A model generated the notes under the pieces. The model was not told the origin of the DNA. It searched no databases and saw only the letters and a program-made list of their open reading frames with translations. This document shows positions 1 to 10,656 of a stretch of DNA of 64,000 nt, one piece after another. This stretch comes from Psammoneis japonica (lineage: Eukaryota): contig QPGO01000022.1 of the NCBI GenBank assembly GCA_008632985.1, positions 558,001-622,000 of the forward strand, written 5' to 3'. The position numbers and the translations under genes were made by a program. Position 1 is the first letter of the stretch, and every line of letters starts with the position of its first letter.

Positions 1-1682
1 CTCTTTCCGAATCCTACGCCAGATGTGTTTTCAGTCGGCTTCTGCTGTGATTCGACTGTGTCGGTATTTTCACTAGAGGTGATTGGTCCGTCGTCCTTGC
101 CTGGTATCGCGTTTAAGGAAGCCTGCATGTTGCTTGTTGATGGCAAATCATCGTAAGAGTCGAAACGTAATAAATCACTGGGCGCCTGTTTCTCCTTTTT
201 CATTGCGTTGATATTGTCCTGTATCATTTGCTCCAACGTGTACGCCTTGACAATACCTTTCAGATCTTTCGGGCAAACATCCCACTTCATTGCCGCGTTC
301 ACGAAATGTTCACAGTACAGTCCTTGTTCAGCTGGTGTTAGAAGACCGACACTGGCTGTGTGAAGAATTGGTCCAAATGCACGTGAATTAAGCGTTATCA
401 CCCTGCTCCAATCTGTTTCATTCTTTGCATGTTTGTAGGACAGCTCAATCGAACGCTGTGGTGGATCAGCGTTGACCGGCTCGCCTCCGATAAGCATTTC
501 CATTCCGCGACGGACCATCTTACGCCCTCTGCCCTTTCTCTTTCGCTTGCTACTGGACTTTCGTGAGGAGGCCACAGCTACCGAGGATGCCATTTGCTCC
601 ACGAGTTTGTCGTGCTTTTGAGATTTTGCTCGATTGCGACGAATCGTGACCTTGCCGTCGTCAATCATGAGCTGATCCGACTGTTCGGCAGAAAAGGGTA
701 GCTCTTCGTCATCCACGATATCTCCTCTTGATTTTCCTTCGGATAACTCCTCGGCTTCACTCTCATTCTCGTCTTGAGCCGATATCGCTTGCGACGATCT
801 GTAAAACAACTCGCTGACGGGCAAGACACCTTCAAGCGCTGTATTCTCCAGTCCTTCTGCTTCAGACGACGCGGGATCCGGAGGAAATAGATCCCTGATT
901 GAAGGCAGATAAGAGTCGACATCGTCTTTTAGATTGTCTGCACTGGTTTTTTTCTTTCTGTCGACTTTTGGAGAAGGAGACTTTTTCGTCGGTTTTTGTT
1001 TTCGCTTCTTCCTTTTTCGCGAAGCCTGTCCTCCCAGAAATTCTTCCCAGGAGGACAAGCCATTAGGTACTGCTGAGTCTTCTCCACTTCCTTTTTTTTC
1101 TGACCCTAAGCTTGGAAGAGGCGGAGGAAGTAGAGAGGAATAAGATGATGCCGATTTGCTTCGTGTGCTACCGCTAGAGGAGGATGTATTCCTGTCGGGT
1201 TTCGAATGGGGCGGTTGTTGGGCATACGGAAGATCAAAGTCCCCTGAAGATGGTGGCGGAAGCAACGATGAAGACCCCTTTTTTCTCTGCTTTTGTTTTC
1301 GACGCCCTTCTCTGTTGTCTTTGGTGGGTGTACTATCCTCACCTCCTTCGCTTTTGGGTTGTGAGAGTGCGGAGATTGCGAGATCTTTTGACACAGACAG
1401 GCGTTGCGCTATATCATCCTCTAAGTGGTGCTTCGACTCTTCGGCTTGCTTTTTTCTTTCTGATGGATTCTCCTCGTCGGACTCTGTGGCTGATCGGCTT
1501 GTCAATGGCACCGAAACTTGTGACGCATGTGTATCTCTTGCCGGTATGTAGCAACCGTGCCGAGCCCTTGAGAGTGGCAACCGACGTGGAAAGCGCGATC
1601 CAAAGGCGCGAACCTCCACCAAGAACGCTCCGAAGAAAAGTAGGAGTACCCGGTGGACCAATATCGATAACTGAAGACGCAT
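1..1682 (-). CDS. Hypothetical protein with bipartite (probably plastid) targeting presequence; 3' end lies outside the window
   Basis: Manual translation: ATG at 1682 gives MRLQLSILVHRVLLLFFGAFLVEVRA-FGSRFPRRL. The frame stays open to position 1 (…GRKMVRRGMEMLIGGEPVNADPP…YCEHFVNAAMKWDVCPKDL…). Absent from the ORF track because there is no stop in the window. Confidence 0.75.
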   Translation of the reverse strand, partial: MRLQLSILVHRVLLLFFGAFLVEVRAFGSRFPRRLPLSRARHGCYIPARDTHASQVSVPLTSRSATESDEENPSERKKQAEESKHHLEDDIAQRLSVSKDLAISALSQPKSEGGEDSTPTKDNREGRRKQKQRKKGSSSLLPPPSSGDFDLPYAQQPPHSKPDRNTSSSSGSTRSKSASSYSSLLPPPLPSLGSEKKGSGEDSAVPNGLSSWEEFLGGQASRKRKKRKQKPTKKSPSPKVDRKKKTSADNLKDDVDSYLPSIRDLFPPDPASSEAEGLENTALEGVLPVSELFYRSSQAISAQDENESEAEELSEGKSRGDIVDDEELPFSAEQSDQLMIDDGKVTIRRNRAKSQKHDKLVEQMASSVAVASSRKSSSKRKRKGRGRKMVRRGMEMLIGGEPVNADPPQRSIELSYKHAKNETDWSRVITLNSRAFGPILHTASVGLLTPAEQGLYCEHFVNAAMKWDVCPKDLKGIVKAYTLEQMIQDNINAMKKEKQAPSDLLRFDSYDDLPSTSNMQASLNAIPGKDDGPITSSENTDTVESQQKPTENTSGVGFGK

Positions 1683-1931
1683 CACCCTTATCTCCTTTAA
1701 TATTCTAAAGCTGAAGGAAACCGCATGGCCATTATTACTGTTTGGAGATTGTCGTCGGTCGTCGGCTGTTGTCACAGAAGAGAACAAAAAGAAGTGAGCA
1801 GGTGCGTCACTTCGCGCGCACTCTCCATCGTGAGTCTATGCGTCGACCGTTCTTCGCGCGCGCGCTCGCACGCACCCGAAGGTCTCCTCATAGACTCTCG
1901 CGGAAGTAAGACGGACGCTGGCTCAAAATTT

Positions 1932-4615
1932 AAGACTGGCCAGATAGAAAGGCACACCCGGAGCTCGAAATAGCTCGTATGGTCGATTTTGAGGTATGGA
2001 CACCGATCGAAAGCTCTTGATCTCCGCTTTCGTATGATGTATTCAACGCAAGCCAACAATGCTTTCTAAACGAATTATAAGCCATTCACAAAAATAACGG
2101 TCAAAAAATTTTATTATAATGGTTTTGACCGTTGAAGCTTGGCGGGAATTTATGTACGGGGAAAATCATGTAGCTGTATTCAATTATATATTAATATCTT
2201 AATTAAATATAAAAGTATGTTCTTTCTTAATACCTTTATTCTCAATTCAATTTTGAAATCCTTTACCTATCTCTCTTTCGAAAAAATCCGACAAAAAATG
2301 GCGCGGCGAGATGAATCGGCCGAAACTAACGAAAGACATCAAGGACGATGAAGCTGTAGAAAAGTTCTACGATTGGCTTTCAAGTCCCAATGATTCACCA
2401 ATATTTCATGAGCATTGCATTAATGTGAACAAAAAGAAACCATCGAAATGCGAGTGTCCAAAGAAGCTAAATTGCAGTTGATGGAGAGCAACGACGTCCG
2501 AACTGTAAAGATGCTTGGCAACTACCTGGTGTACTTTGAAAGGCTAAGCTACGAAGAAACTTACACTACTTTATCATCCTGGATCAAGCATTCTTGTTTT
2601 GTTAAGAAAAACAGTGGTGGCTGTTGCTGTTTTGTGTTGCCGCTGTTGCAATCTGACAACGAGAATGCAGTGACTGTCGAGAACAGTCTCATCTGCTCCC
2701 ATGCTCTCCTCGCATTACTCGGCAAAAACCACAAGTTTTGGAAGAGAGCGAAGTCTCATGCAGAGAACAACATGCTTCCATCACATGGTCTTAAAGGCAG
2801 GAAAGGTCAATCTGCCAACAAGACGTTGGCACCCGAAATTTGCGCGGCGATGCATTCGTTCTTTGAGGAAATAAAAGAGCTTTCAGAACCACGTGCAACA
2901 AGACTGGTTAGAGAAGAAACAGGAGTCGGCTTAAGAGATGAAGACACGTTCGATTTGCCTCCCACCACAAAAAAGCGCGGATTGTACAAACGACACGGAG
3001 AAGACAATGGATGGAGGCTCAAGTCAAACGACCGCGGCAAATTTCTCAAACCCGCACCAATTGCAGGTAAAACCCAACAAAAGACATGCTCCTGGGCACA
3101 GTTTTGTGCTTTTTGGAAGGACAAGCATCCCAACATCGTTGTGAGAAGACCAACTCGGGACATCTGCGATGACTGTTACAAATTCACGAACAGCTTCAAA
3201 ATGAAAGCGAGAAAGGAGAAAGAAAATGAGGGTGGTGAGAGTGACGATGAAGACAACAATGATGACGATGATGAAGATGACAATGAGGAATGCATGGCAG
3301 AGATTGAGGCCCAGGAAAAAGAGATGCTGGAAGCAGCTAAACATGTCGAGTGGGCTCAAAAGCAACGAAAACCAGCCAGCAAGTGCATTGTGGAAGCAAT
3401 GCAACACGCAATTGCAAACACGCCACACGGTCATTGGACTCGAGTGAGGATCGGTGACTGTTGTCAAAATGGGGGGTTGCCTCATTTTGGAGCCGATCAG
3501 CCAGGGGAGACATGCTGCTCCTCACCTTTGACTGTCAATTGCTTTGGAATGGCGGATCCTGCAGGGAAAAAGGAGACGGAAAGTGAGCACAAGGATTTGT
3601 TACACGCGTGCATCTACCACGAGGGTGCTGGCCAAAAGGGAGGTGACAATGTTGCATCCCTCACAATGAAACACTTGCACGATGGTGGGTTGTTGGATGT
3701 TGAAAAGGGTCCGGGTGGAAAGCTTGTGCTGATTTTTGACAACTGCATCGGGCAAAACAAGAACAACACAGTTTTGAAACTCGCTTCCCACCTGGTGGAA
3801 CAAGGATGCTACAAAGAAGTTTGCATCACATTTTCAGTGAAAGGGCACACCAAGAATGCATGTGACAGACTCTTCAACAGTCTGAAGCAAACTTGCCGTG
3901 ACAAGAACATTGGCACCTTCAGCAAACTGTTGAAAGCATTGGATGCTTCTGAGTGTGTCACTGTTGTTGAAGCAAAAGAGGAGGATTTTTTGGGACATGG
4001 AGCTCATTTTGATCAGAATTACAAGAAGTGCAGTGCAGCTGTGAAGCACCACTGCTTTGAAGTGAAAGACTCTTCGAATCCCACAGCAGTGACAATGAAA
4101 GCAGCGGACGGCGAGCCAGAAGTTAGTGAGGATCTCAAAAAGAGGAAGAGTGAATCAATGGATGATGGGAAAGCAAGACTTCAAACAACAAGACCACACA
4201 CCTTAACAGCTCCAGGGATCAAGGACATCAAGAAGGTGGAGCTTTACATGAAGTGTCGGCTGCTTCTGGACAAGGAAGACAAAGACGAGATGTGTCCTCA
4301 TCCTGGAGACGACGTGCTCAATCGAGTTGCAAAAAGCAAGAGAGAGAAGCGGAAGCAAAAGCAGTCGGAGAGCAACGAGCAGAAGGCACGGAACGCCAAG
4401 AAAAAGAAAACTGCTGAAGCAAGTGGGCCTCTTACAGACAGGAGTGCGAACATTGCGCAATGCTGTCTACAAAGCATCAGAACAATTTACAATGTCTCAT
4501 GTGTCCGCACTTGAAATGTCTGCATTTGGTCAAAATTCTTTTCAACGCGTTTTTCTCGAAACAAAGTTTGAGAGCTCGAGAGCGCGCGGGTGTGCCTTTC
4601 TATCTGGCCAGCCTC
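1932..4615 (+). mobile_element. Sola1-type DNA transposon nested in the MULE
   Basis: Perfect 25-bp TIR core CTGGCCAGATAGAAAGGCACACCCG (1936-1960 / 4587-4611). TSD ATTT at 1928-1931 and 4616-4619 matches the AWWT TSD of Sola1. Confidence 0.85.
2298..4514 (+). pseudogene. Sola1-like DDD transposase, degraded
   Basis: ORF 2448-4514 has the motifs DICDDC, LIFDNCIGQNKN and KGHTKNACDRLF. The N-terminus from about 2298 is broken by frameshifts. There are many apparent Tyr->Cys changes (e.g. GETCCSSPL). Confidence 0.8.
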
Positions 4616-6239
4616 ATTTGTTACCGTGCCTCCCTGGATTTGGCGAAACGCTCTACAGAGCTTTCTACACAAAACACACCAGAAAATGTGCTGTTCCGAC
4701 GATGATCGATTTCATCGGCGCATCGACAGCTGTGCCTTGCACCGTTCAGTGGTTGTTCGGGTGCTCGCTGTTGAAGCGCACCATGGTGTTGGAACGGAGA
4801 AAACTGGCAAATTTTTGATTGATTAATCCCCGAGACTGACCAAGTGCAAAATCATCACTTTTTCGGTGGGTGCTGACATGTGTCGTTGATTGTCGTCGCA
4901 TGTTCCGCTCCATTGCGCCCTGCAAGTTATGACATGGAAACTCATGCACATTTTCGTCATTGTCTTGCAATGGCATTGTCTTTCTTGCAGCACAACCGTT
5001 GTTTCTGTCATTTGTGGGAAATGGCTTTTTATTTTTTGCCAGAAATGTGCTCACTCACGGATTGGACTCTTCCTCGTCATCACGCAGGTTCTCAGTCCAT
5101 GCAACACCTTGGTGTTGTTCATTGGTGTCTGTGTGAGGCGTGGTTTGACCACAGCTCTGAGATTCGAGGCAAAGATAGTCTGGTGTCTCATTTTCGGTTG
5201 GGCATCGCTGTTTTATGACATTTTTGGAGATTTTTGGACGGTTGTGTCGATTTCTCACCGCTTGGGCAGATTTGAGTGCATTGACTGTGCTCATTTGGTG
5301 CCACTGAGTAAAGGAGGTAAGCTCCTGTGACAATGTTGTTGCTTGTTGGCATTCAAACTCACTCAATGGGGCTTGTGCTTCGTGCAGGATTTCATCAGTT
5401 CGCGACAGTGTGAATGTCTCCAGCAATGGCATGAGACAAACAGGGTCACAGCGACAAGCACATGCACACAGGAGACACGAAAGAATGTGTGCAAAGGTCA
5501 ATTGGTAAGTTGGTGTTATGATTTTGCTCACAATTGTTGACTTGTCTTGAAATCTGTGTCTCAGATGTTCTCACTGCTTGTGTCTTCCTCCCGCCTCTTT
5601 TCGGCTTCTACAGCAACTGGCTTGCGATCACCTGCCAGCATGGCAGTTCTTGGATTGATGAACTGTGGAACAAATGTTGGGTGTGTCACCCTGACCATAG
5701 AAACGAACGAGGAGAGCCAGCATTCCATGTGTGGCTGGCGCGATCGAGCCGAGAGAAAAGGACCAACACGTCCGATTGTGAAAGATGGAACGAGAAGCCA
5801 TGCAGCAGTTGTGCAACCACAGGGTTTTGTCATGTTACACTCGAAACGTCCCAATAAAAGATTCACTCTACAGTGCTAGATAGCCTTGGGAGTCGTTCAT
5901 GCCGATAACAGCAATGAGCTTGCGGCATGTACATGTACAGCATGTCCCGCCGGTGCGACGGAAAAACGGCACCGTAACAAACGGCCTACATACGACCCTG
6001 GTACATCGTCCGTCTTACTTCCGCGAGAGTCTATGAGGAGACCTTCGGGTGTGTGCGAGCGCGCGCGCGAAGAACGGACGACGCATAGACTCACGATGGA
6101 GAGTGCTTCGCGCGCTCGAATTTCTGGATCTTGTCCGTCCGTCGCTCGACATGCGATGACAAGTCGAAGATGTGCACGCAATCAACCGGCGTGATTTGAG
6201 ATTGATGCTTTTTCACTTTTTTCGTTCGCGTCGCCCACC

Positions 6240-7599
6240 ATGATGAGCAACACTGGCACAACTCCTTCGTCTTCCGCTGCATCGCCTTGTTCCGCTAGCA
6301 ATGTGTCAGCCCCTTGTCGCTATATATTCACTGAAGCAGACATGGAGTTCTTCAAGAAGTCTCCAGCCAAGATGGAATTGTTAAAAATGGTGAAAGCTAT
6401 GGGCAATTCTGTTGCGGGCTACAACAATTACACCTTTGATCCAAACAATCCTCTCGTAGCACTCAGTCCTGCCACGGCGAGTTTGCATGGATCGCTCCGA
6501 AACATGGCGACCTGGATTAAAGACATTCCTCCTAATGAAGGATTTCGACGCTTTGGAAACACAGCGTTTCGCGACTGGCATGCTCGATTGAAGCAAAGGA
6601 GTAGATCCATCGTCAAGTGTTTGCTGCAATGTCACAAGGAGCACGTCAGCAAAGACGACGTCTATGATATGAAACTATTGGAGCAGTGTTCTGAGGCTGG
6701 CTTTCATGCAGCGTCTACGAAGCGAACAGAGCAGGAAGACACGAAGCTCTCAGAGACGGACGAGGCGGTTCTTCTGGAGTTAAGAACATACTTGCATGAT
6801 TCCTTCGGTCACCAAACGCGTCTCGACTATGGCACGGGTCACGAGTCATCCTTCATGGTATTTCTGTATGCGCTTTGCAAGTTGGGATGCTTTGGAAGCG
6901 CCGGTGAAAACGACCCGCCGACGCCAACTCGTCTAAAGGCGATCGCTCTGAGCATCTTTACACAATACCTCGCTGTGACGAGAGGACTTCAAACCGACTA
7001 CATGTTGGAGCCCGCTGGATCGCATGGAGTGTGGGGCTTAGATGACTATCATTGTATTCCATTTTATTTCGGGGCATGCCAACTCATTTCCGAGGACGAA
7101 TACCCACCCAGCTCCATTCATGACAACTCAGCACTTGTTCAAATGTCTGGGAGTTACATGTACTTTGGATGCATTCAATACATCAAGGAGCTGAAGAAGG
7201 GGGTTCCTTTTTTCGAGTCGTCTCCAATTCTTAATGATATAAGCCAGCTGCCGACTTGGCATAAAGTTAGCACTGGTCTTCTGAGACTGTATGAAGGAGA
7301 AGTTCTGGACAAACGACAGGTGGTGCAGCATTTTGTTTTTGGGCAAATCTTCAAAGGTGAGTATAATTATTGTCTATATTATGCGTTTGCAAAGTTCCAG
7401 AGATCCGCAACCCTGACGTTCGTGGACCTCCTCGCTTTGATACACAGCAACTTGGACTCCCTCGGAGCAACCACGATCAGCGCCTTTGCATACATTTAAT
7501 GTCGTGCCCGGGGGAGATGAATGTATGGCGCCGTGGGCTACAGAAGAGTCAAGCGACACTGCACCGCCGACACCGACAAAAGCTCCGTGGGCAAAGTAG
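6240..7599 (+). CDS. PTPA: Serine/threonine phosphatase 2A activator (PTPA/Rrd1 family); intron 7357-7447
   Basis: Motifs RRFGNTAFRDWH, SFGHQTRLDYGTGHE and YMLEPAGSHGVWGLDDY. Splicing GTGAGT...CACAG restores a C-terminus ending TKAPWAK*. Confidence 0.93.
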
Positions 7600-7649
7600 A
7601 CACGGAATTACGTACTTCAGTAAATAGTACTCTCTATAGTTTCATTCTG

Positions 7650-9880
7650 TTACCCGTCGTTGTTATTTGGGATGCAAACTCCTTCCAGTCGCGGCAAGGA
7701 CGCTGGGTACGACTCGCACAACTTTGTGCACACAGCTACCCGACTACAGATCTGATTTTCCATCTTGTGAAGGCGACAGCACGCTGGGACTTCCACCAGC
7801 TCTCGCGATGGGATTAGAATGGCATTGTAAATACGAAGCTGAGTCCACTGCTGAATCTGCCTTTCGCGAGCAGTATCAAACGTGAAACATACCCATGCAT
7901 AAAATGGCCGGCCGCCGAAGGCACTATTGGTTGTTTGTGGGTCGTCGTTGCCAATAGAAGAGGTGGTTTCGGGACGATTAGCATCCTCCTTGACGACATG
8001 GGTGTGGACAAATGCAAGCACCGTCAACATTTGATACTTGCTGTCCCACGACACAGGCTTCCCAACAATTGTCACGTCCATGAAAGATCCAGCGCGGTTC
8101 CTTGGATCATTCATGTCAAAACGCCGCGACTCATCAAATGGATAGGTACCACTTCGAAAGCGAATACAGTCACCCTCCACATTTCCACGAATGGAACGCA
8201 ACAGCGACATCAAGGGACCAGCCTTGATTTTTCTCCTTCGGACACTGCGCTTCCTTCTCGGAGTTTCTGAATTAGATATCCCCCCACTGCTACCACCCGA
8301 AAAGACTGCGCTGCCTTCACTGTAGCCTTGATTAAGCGGAGTATGTATCTGGTCACGATCGCTGGGCATTGGCATTTCTACATCATCATGATCCGGGCCA
8401 AGAGGGTCGTTGGATGATTTGGAAGCGGAGAGAAAAACGGGTGTGAAGGATATATCCGCACCTTTTGCCATCGGCTGCCACGCTGTATGCTGCGGTCGCG
8501 GACTCCGATTACTTCGAGGTTCAACGTGTCCGATGATCGACCGACCAGTCCTTGGTGTCTGGGAAACCGCATTTCTCGGCGTGTTTGTATGTCTTGCACG
8601 AGGTCGGGTGGCTTGCGCAAGTTGTTGAGCACGTAAAAGCTTCGTTGCACCATTCCGACGACCCTGACGATTTTCCCCGCTTCGGTCAGCACGAGATGAC
8701 GACGACTCCCAATACTGTGGTCTACATATCTCCGTGGCAAAGACAGCACGCCGAGATTTAGTTTCAACTGCACACCTTCAGCGCAACAATTCAAAGCATA
8801 CGAGTCCTAAACTTACCGTAATTCATTGATCGATCCCGCACCCGTTTCTCCACGGTTCTTTCCATCCTTGGACTTGCTTGTTTGCATTGAACTCATTCGT
8901 TGTCCTCTGGCTGAGCTTCTTTGTTCTTTGGAATGCACTACTGGTTTCCATCTGTCTTTGTTTCCATGAAAGCGCTCCCTGGTTCTTTCAAGCTCCGCCG
9001 TAATGGATCGGCTTTGCTGGTGCTCATTAGCGTAAAGCAGGCTGAGTTCCTGAGGCCGTGCTGTTTCTTTCCTACTCTCCAGTTTTGATTGAATGAGGCG
9101 CTGACGATCAAATTCCTGTTCGATGCGTGCACCCATGGACGATGCCTCGAACAAAGAAAACGGTGAATAGGATTGGTCGGTGGTTGCCTGATGTTCTGGA
9201 TTAAAGCCATGCATTTTCCTCGCGTAAAGTGGATTCGTATCAGGTTCTTTCACCTTTTCTTCGTCGACAGGATCCTGTTTTTCTTGTTGAGCGACGACTT
9301 CTGTCATGGTGTCCGCATTTGCCACTTGAGAGTCCGGGACTGAGGAGGAAGCATCGTTAGTTGCATTTACTTCTGGTGTTGGAATTGCTCCCTTAGCGAC
9401 ACACGGTATGTCTGGAGCTTGTTGGTTTTTCAGAAACGACCTCACTGAAGCAAAAATATCTTCTTCCTCGTTACCAGAATAATCTTGGGCCTGCGAGTCG
9501 TCGTATTGGTTGTGACTCTGACGCGGTATGGGCTGCGCACGTTGCCGTTTTCTAGCCTGTCGCGGTTGCAATGAAGAAGCAGGCAGGTGCTGCTGGGATG
9601 CTTGAAAGTTACTGTGGTTGACGTCTTGACTGAGGTTCAATGACAACTTTTGTTCGTAGACACTCGTTTCGTTGTTTGTTGAACCGAGTTCCTCCGGATA
9701 AACTTGAAAGTTACAGTGGTTGACGTCTTGACTGAGGTTCAATGACAACTTACGTTCGTAGACATTCGTTTCGATCTTTGTCGCATCGAGTTCCTCCGCA
9801 TAAACAACCTCTTCCGCTTCTTCATCAGCCCCATACACGTAGTTGCGAGGATCAAAGTCATCATAGGGATCGTCCATCAT
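7650..9880 (-). CDS. Hypothetical protein, probably one gene joining ORFs 8813-9880 and 7650-8471; contains a 34-aa repeat
   Basis: GTAAGT donor at 8816. The frame of ORF 7650-8471 is open upstream to about 8775. The implied intron is unusually short, so the exon structure is uncertain. Confidence 0.55.
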
Positions 9881-10013
9881 CTTGCTTGTAGCAATGACAA
9901 CCGAGATAACACTCTACAGGTGCCATTTATTTCAGGTCAGACGGCCGGTCAGTGATGATGTGCGTCAGGGCGGATACGGTAGCGTAATAGGGGACTAGCA
10001 AGCGCGCCGGCAT

Positions 10014-10548
10014 GGTTCGGACAAATTGACCAGGAGTTTATGGTGGGGGTCGATTTGTCCACTATCGATTTAGAACACATAAACATGGGGTGGACAAATC
10101 TACCAGGAGTTTATGGTGGGGGTCGATTTGTCCACTATCGATTTTAAGACCACATAAACATGGGGTGGACAAATCTACCAGGAGTTTATGGTGGGGGTCG
10201 ATTTGTCCACTATCGATTTTAAGAACACATAAACATGGGGTGGACAAATCTACCAGGAGTTTATGGTGGGGGTCGATTTGTCCACTATCGATTTTAAGAA
10301 CAGATAAACATGGGGTGGACAAATCTACCAGGAGTTTATGGTAGGGGTCGATTTGTCCACTATCGATTTTAAGAACACATAAACATGGGGTGGACAAATC
10401 TACCAGGAGTTTATGGTGGGGGTCGATTTGTCCACTATCGATTTTAAGAACACATAAACATGGGGTGGACAAATCTACCAGGAGTTTATGGTGGGGGTCG
10501 ATTTGTCCACTATCGATTTTAAGAACACATAAACAAGGGGTCGAACCC
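10014..10548. repeat. Tandem array of 7 x ~75-bp palindromic units inside a MITE-like element (copy 1; right TIR partly deleted)
   Basis: Unit AAACATGGGGTGGACAAATCTACCAGGAGTTTATGGTGGGGGTCGATTTGTCCACTATCGATTTTAAGAACACAT. It carries the internal inverted repeat GTGGACAAATC/GATTTGTCCAC. Confidence 0.9.
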
Positions 10549-10656
10549 GGCCAGCCACGCACGTACATAACATTTCGCGCGTTCCATCCAAGCCAACAGC
10601 ATCTTTCGTGCGCTGCGCGAGCGTACCCGCCCGGTACAGCAGTTTGCGCTCTCACC

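Larger units (their letters stand above)
1819..6105. mobile_element. Mutator-like (MULE) non-autonomous element with ~99-bp TIRs and 9-bp TSD
   Basis: 1819-1917 is the near-perfect reverse complement of 6007-6105. The direct repeat CTTCGCGCG flanks it at 1810-1818 and 6106-6114. Long TIRs with a 9-bp TSD are Mutator hallmarks. No MULE transposase was recognised inside. Confidence 0.85.

Noticed and set aside
2096..2133. 11-bp inverted repeat AACGGTCAAAA/TTTTGACCGTT as a terminator
   Set aside because: It lies in the Sola 5' subterminal region of a eukaryotic TE, so it is more likely a subterminal motif. Its function cannot be supported.
10014..10548. CRISPR array (regular palindromic repeats; also 44149-44672)
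   Set aside because: The sequence between palindromes is near-identical, so there are no unique spacers. There are no cas genes and the context is eukaryotic.
10537..10560. tRNA/SINE B-box GGTTCGACCCC on the minus strand
   Set aside because: It is created by the deletion joining a repeat unit to the TIR end. There is no cloverleaf or proper A-box.
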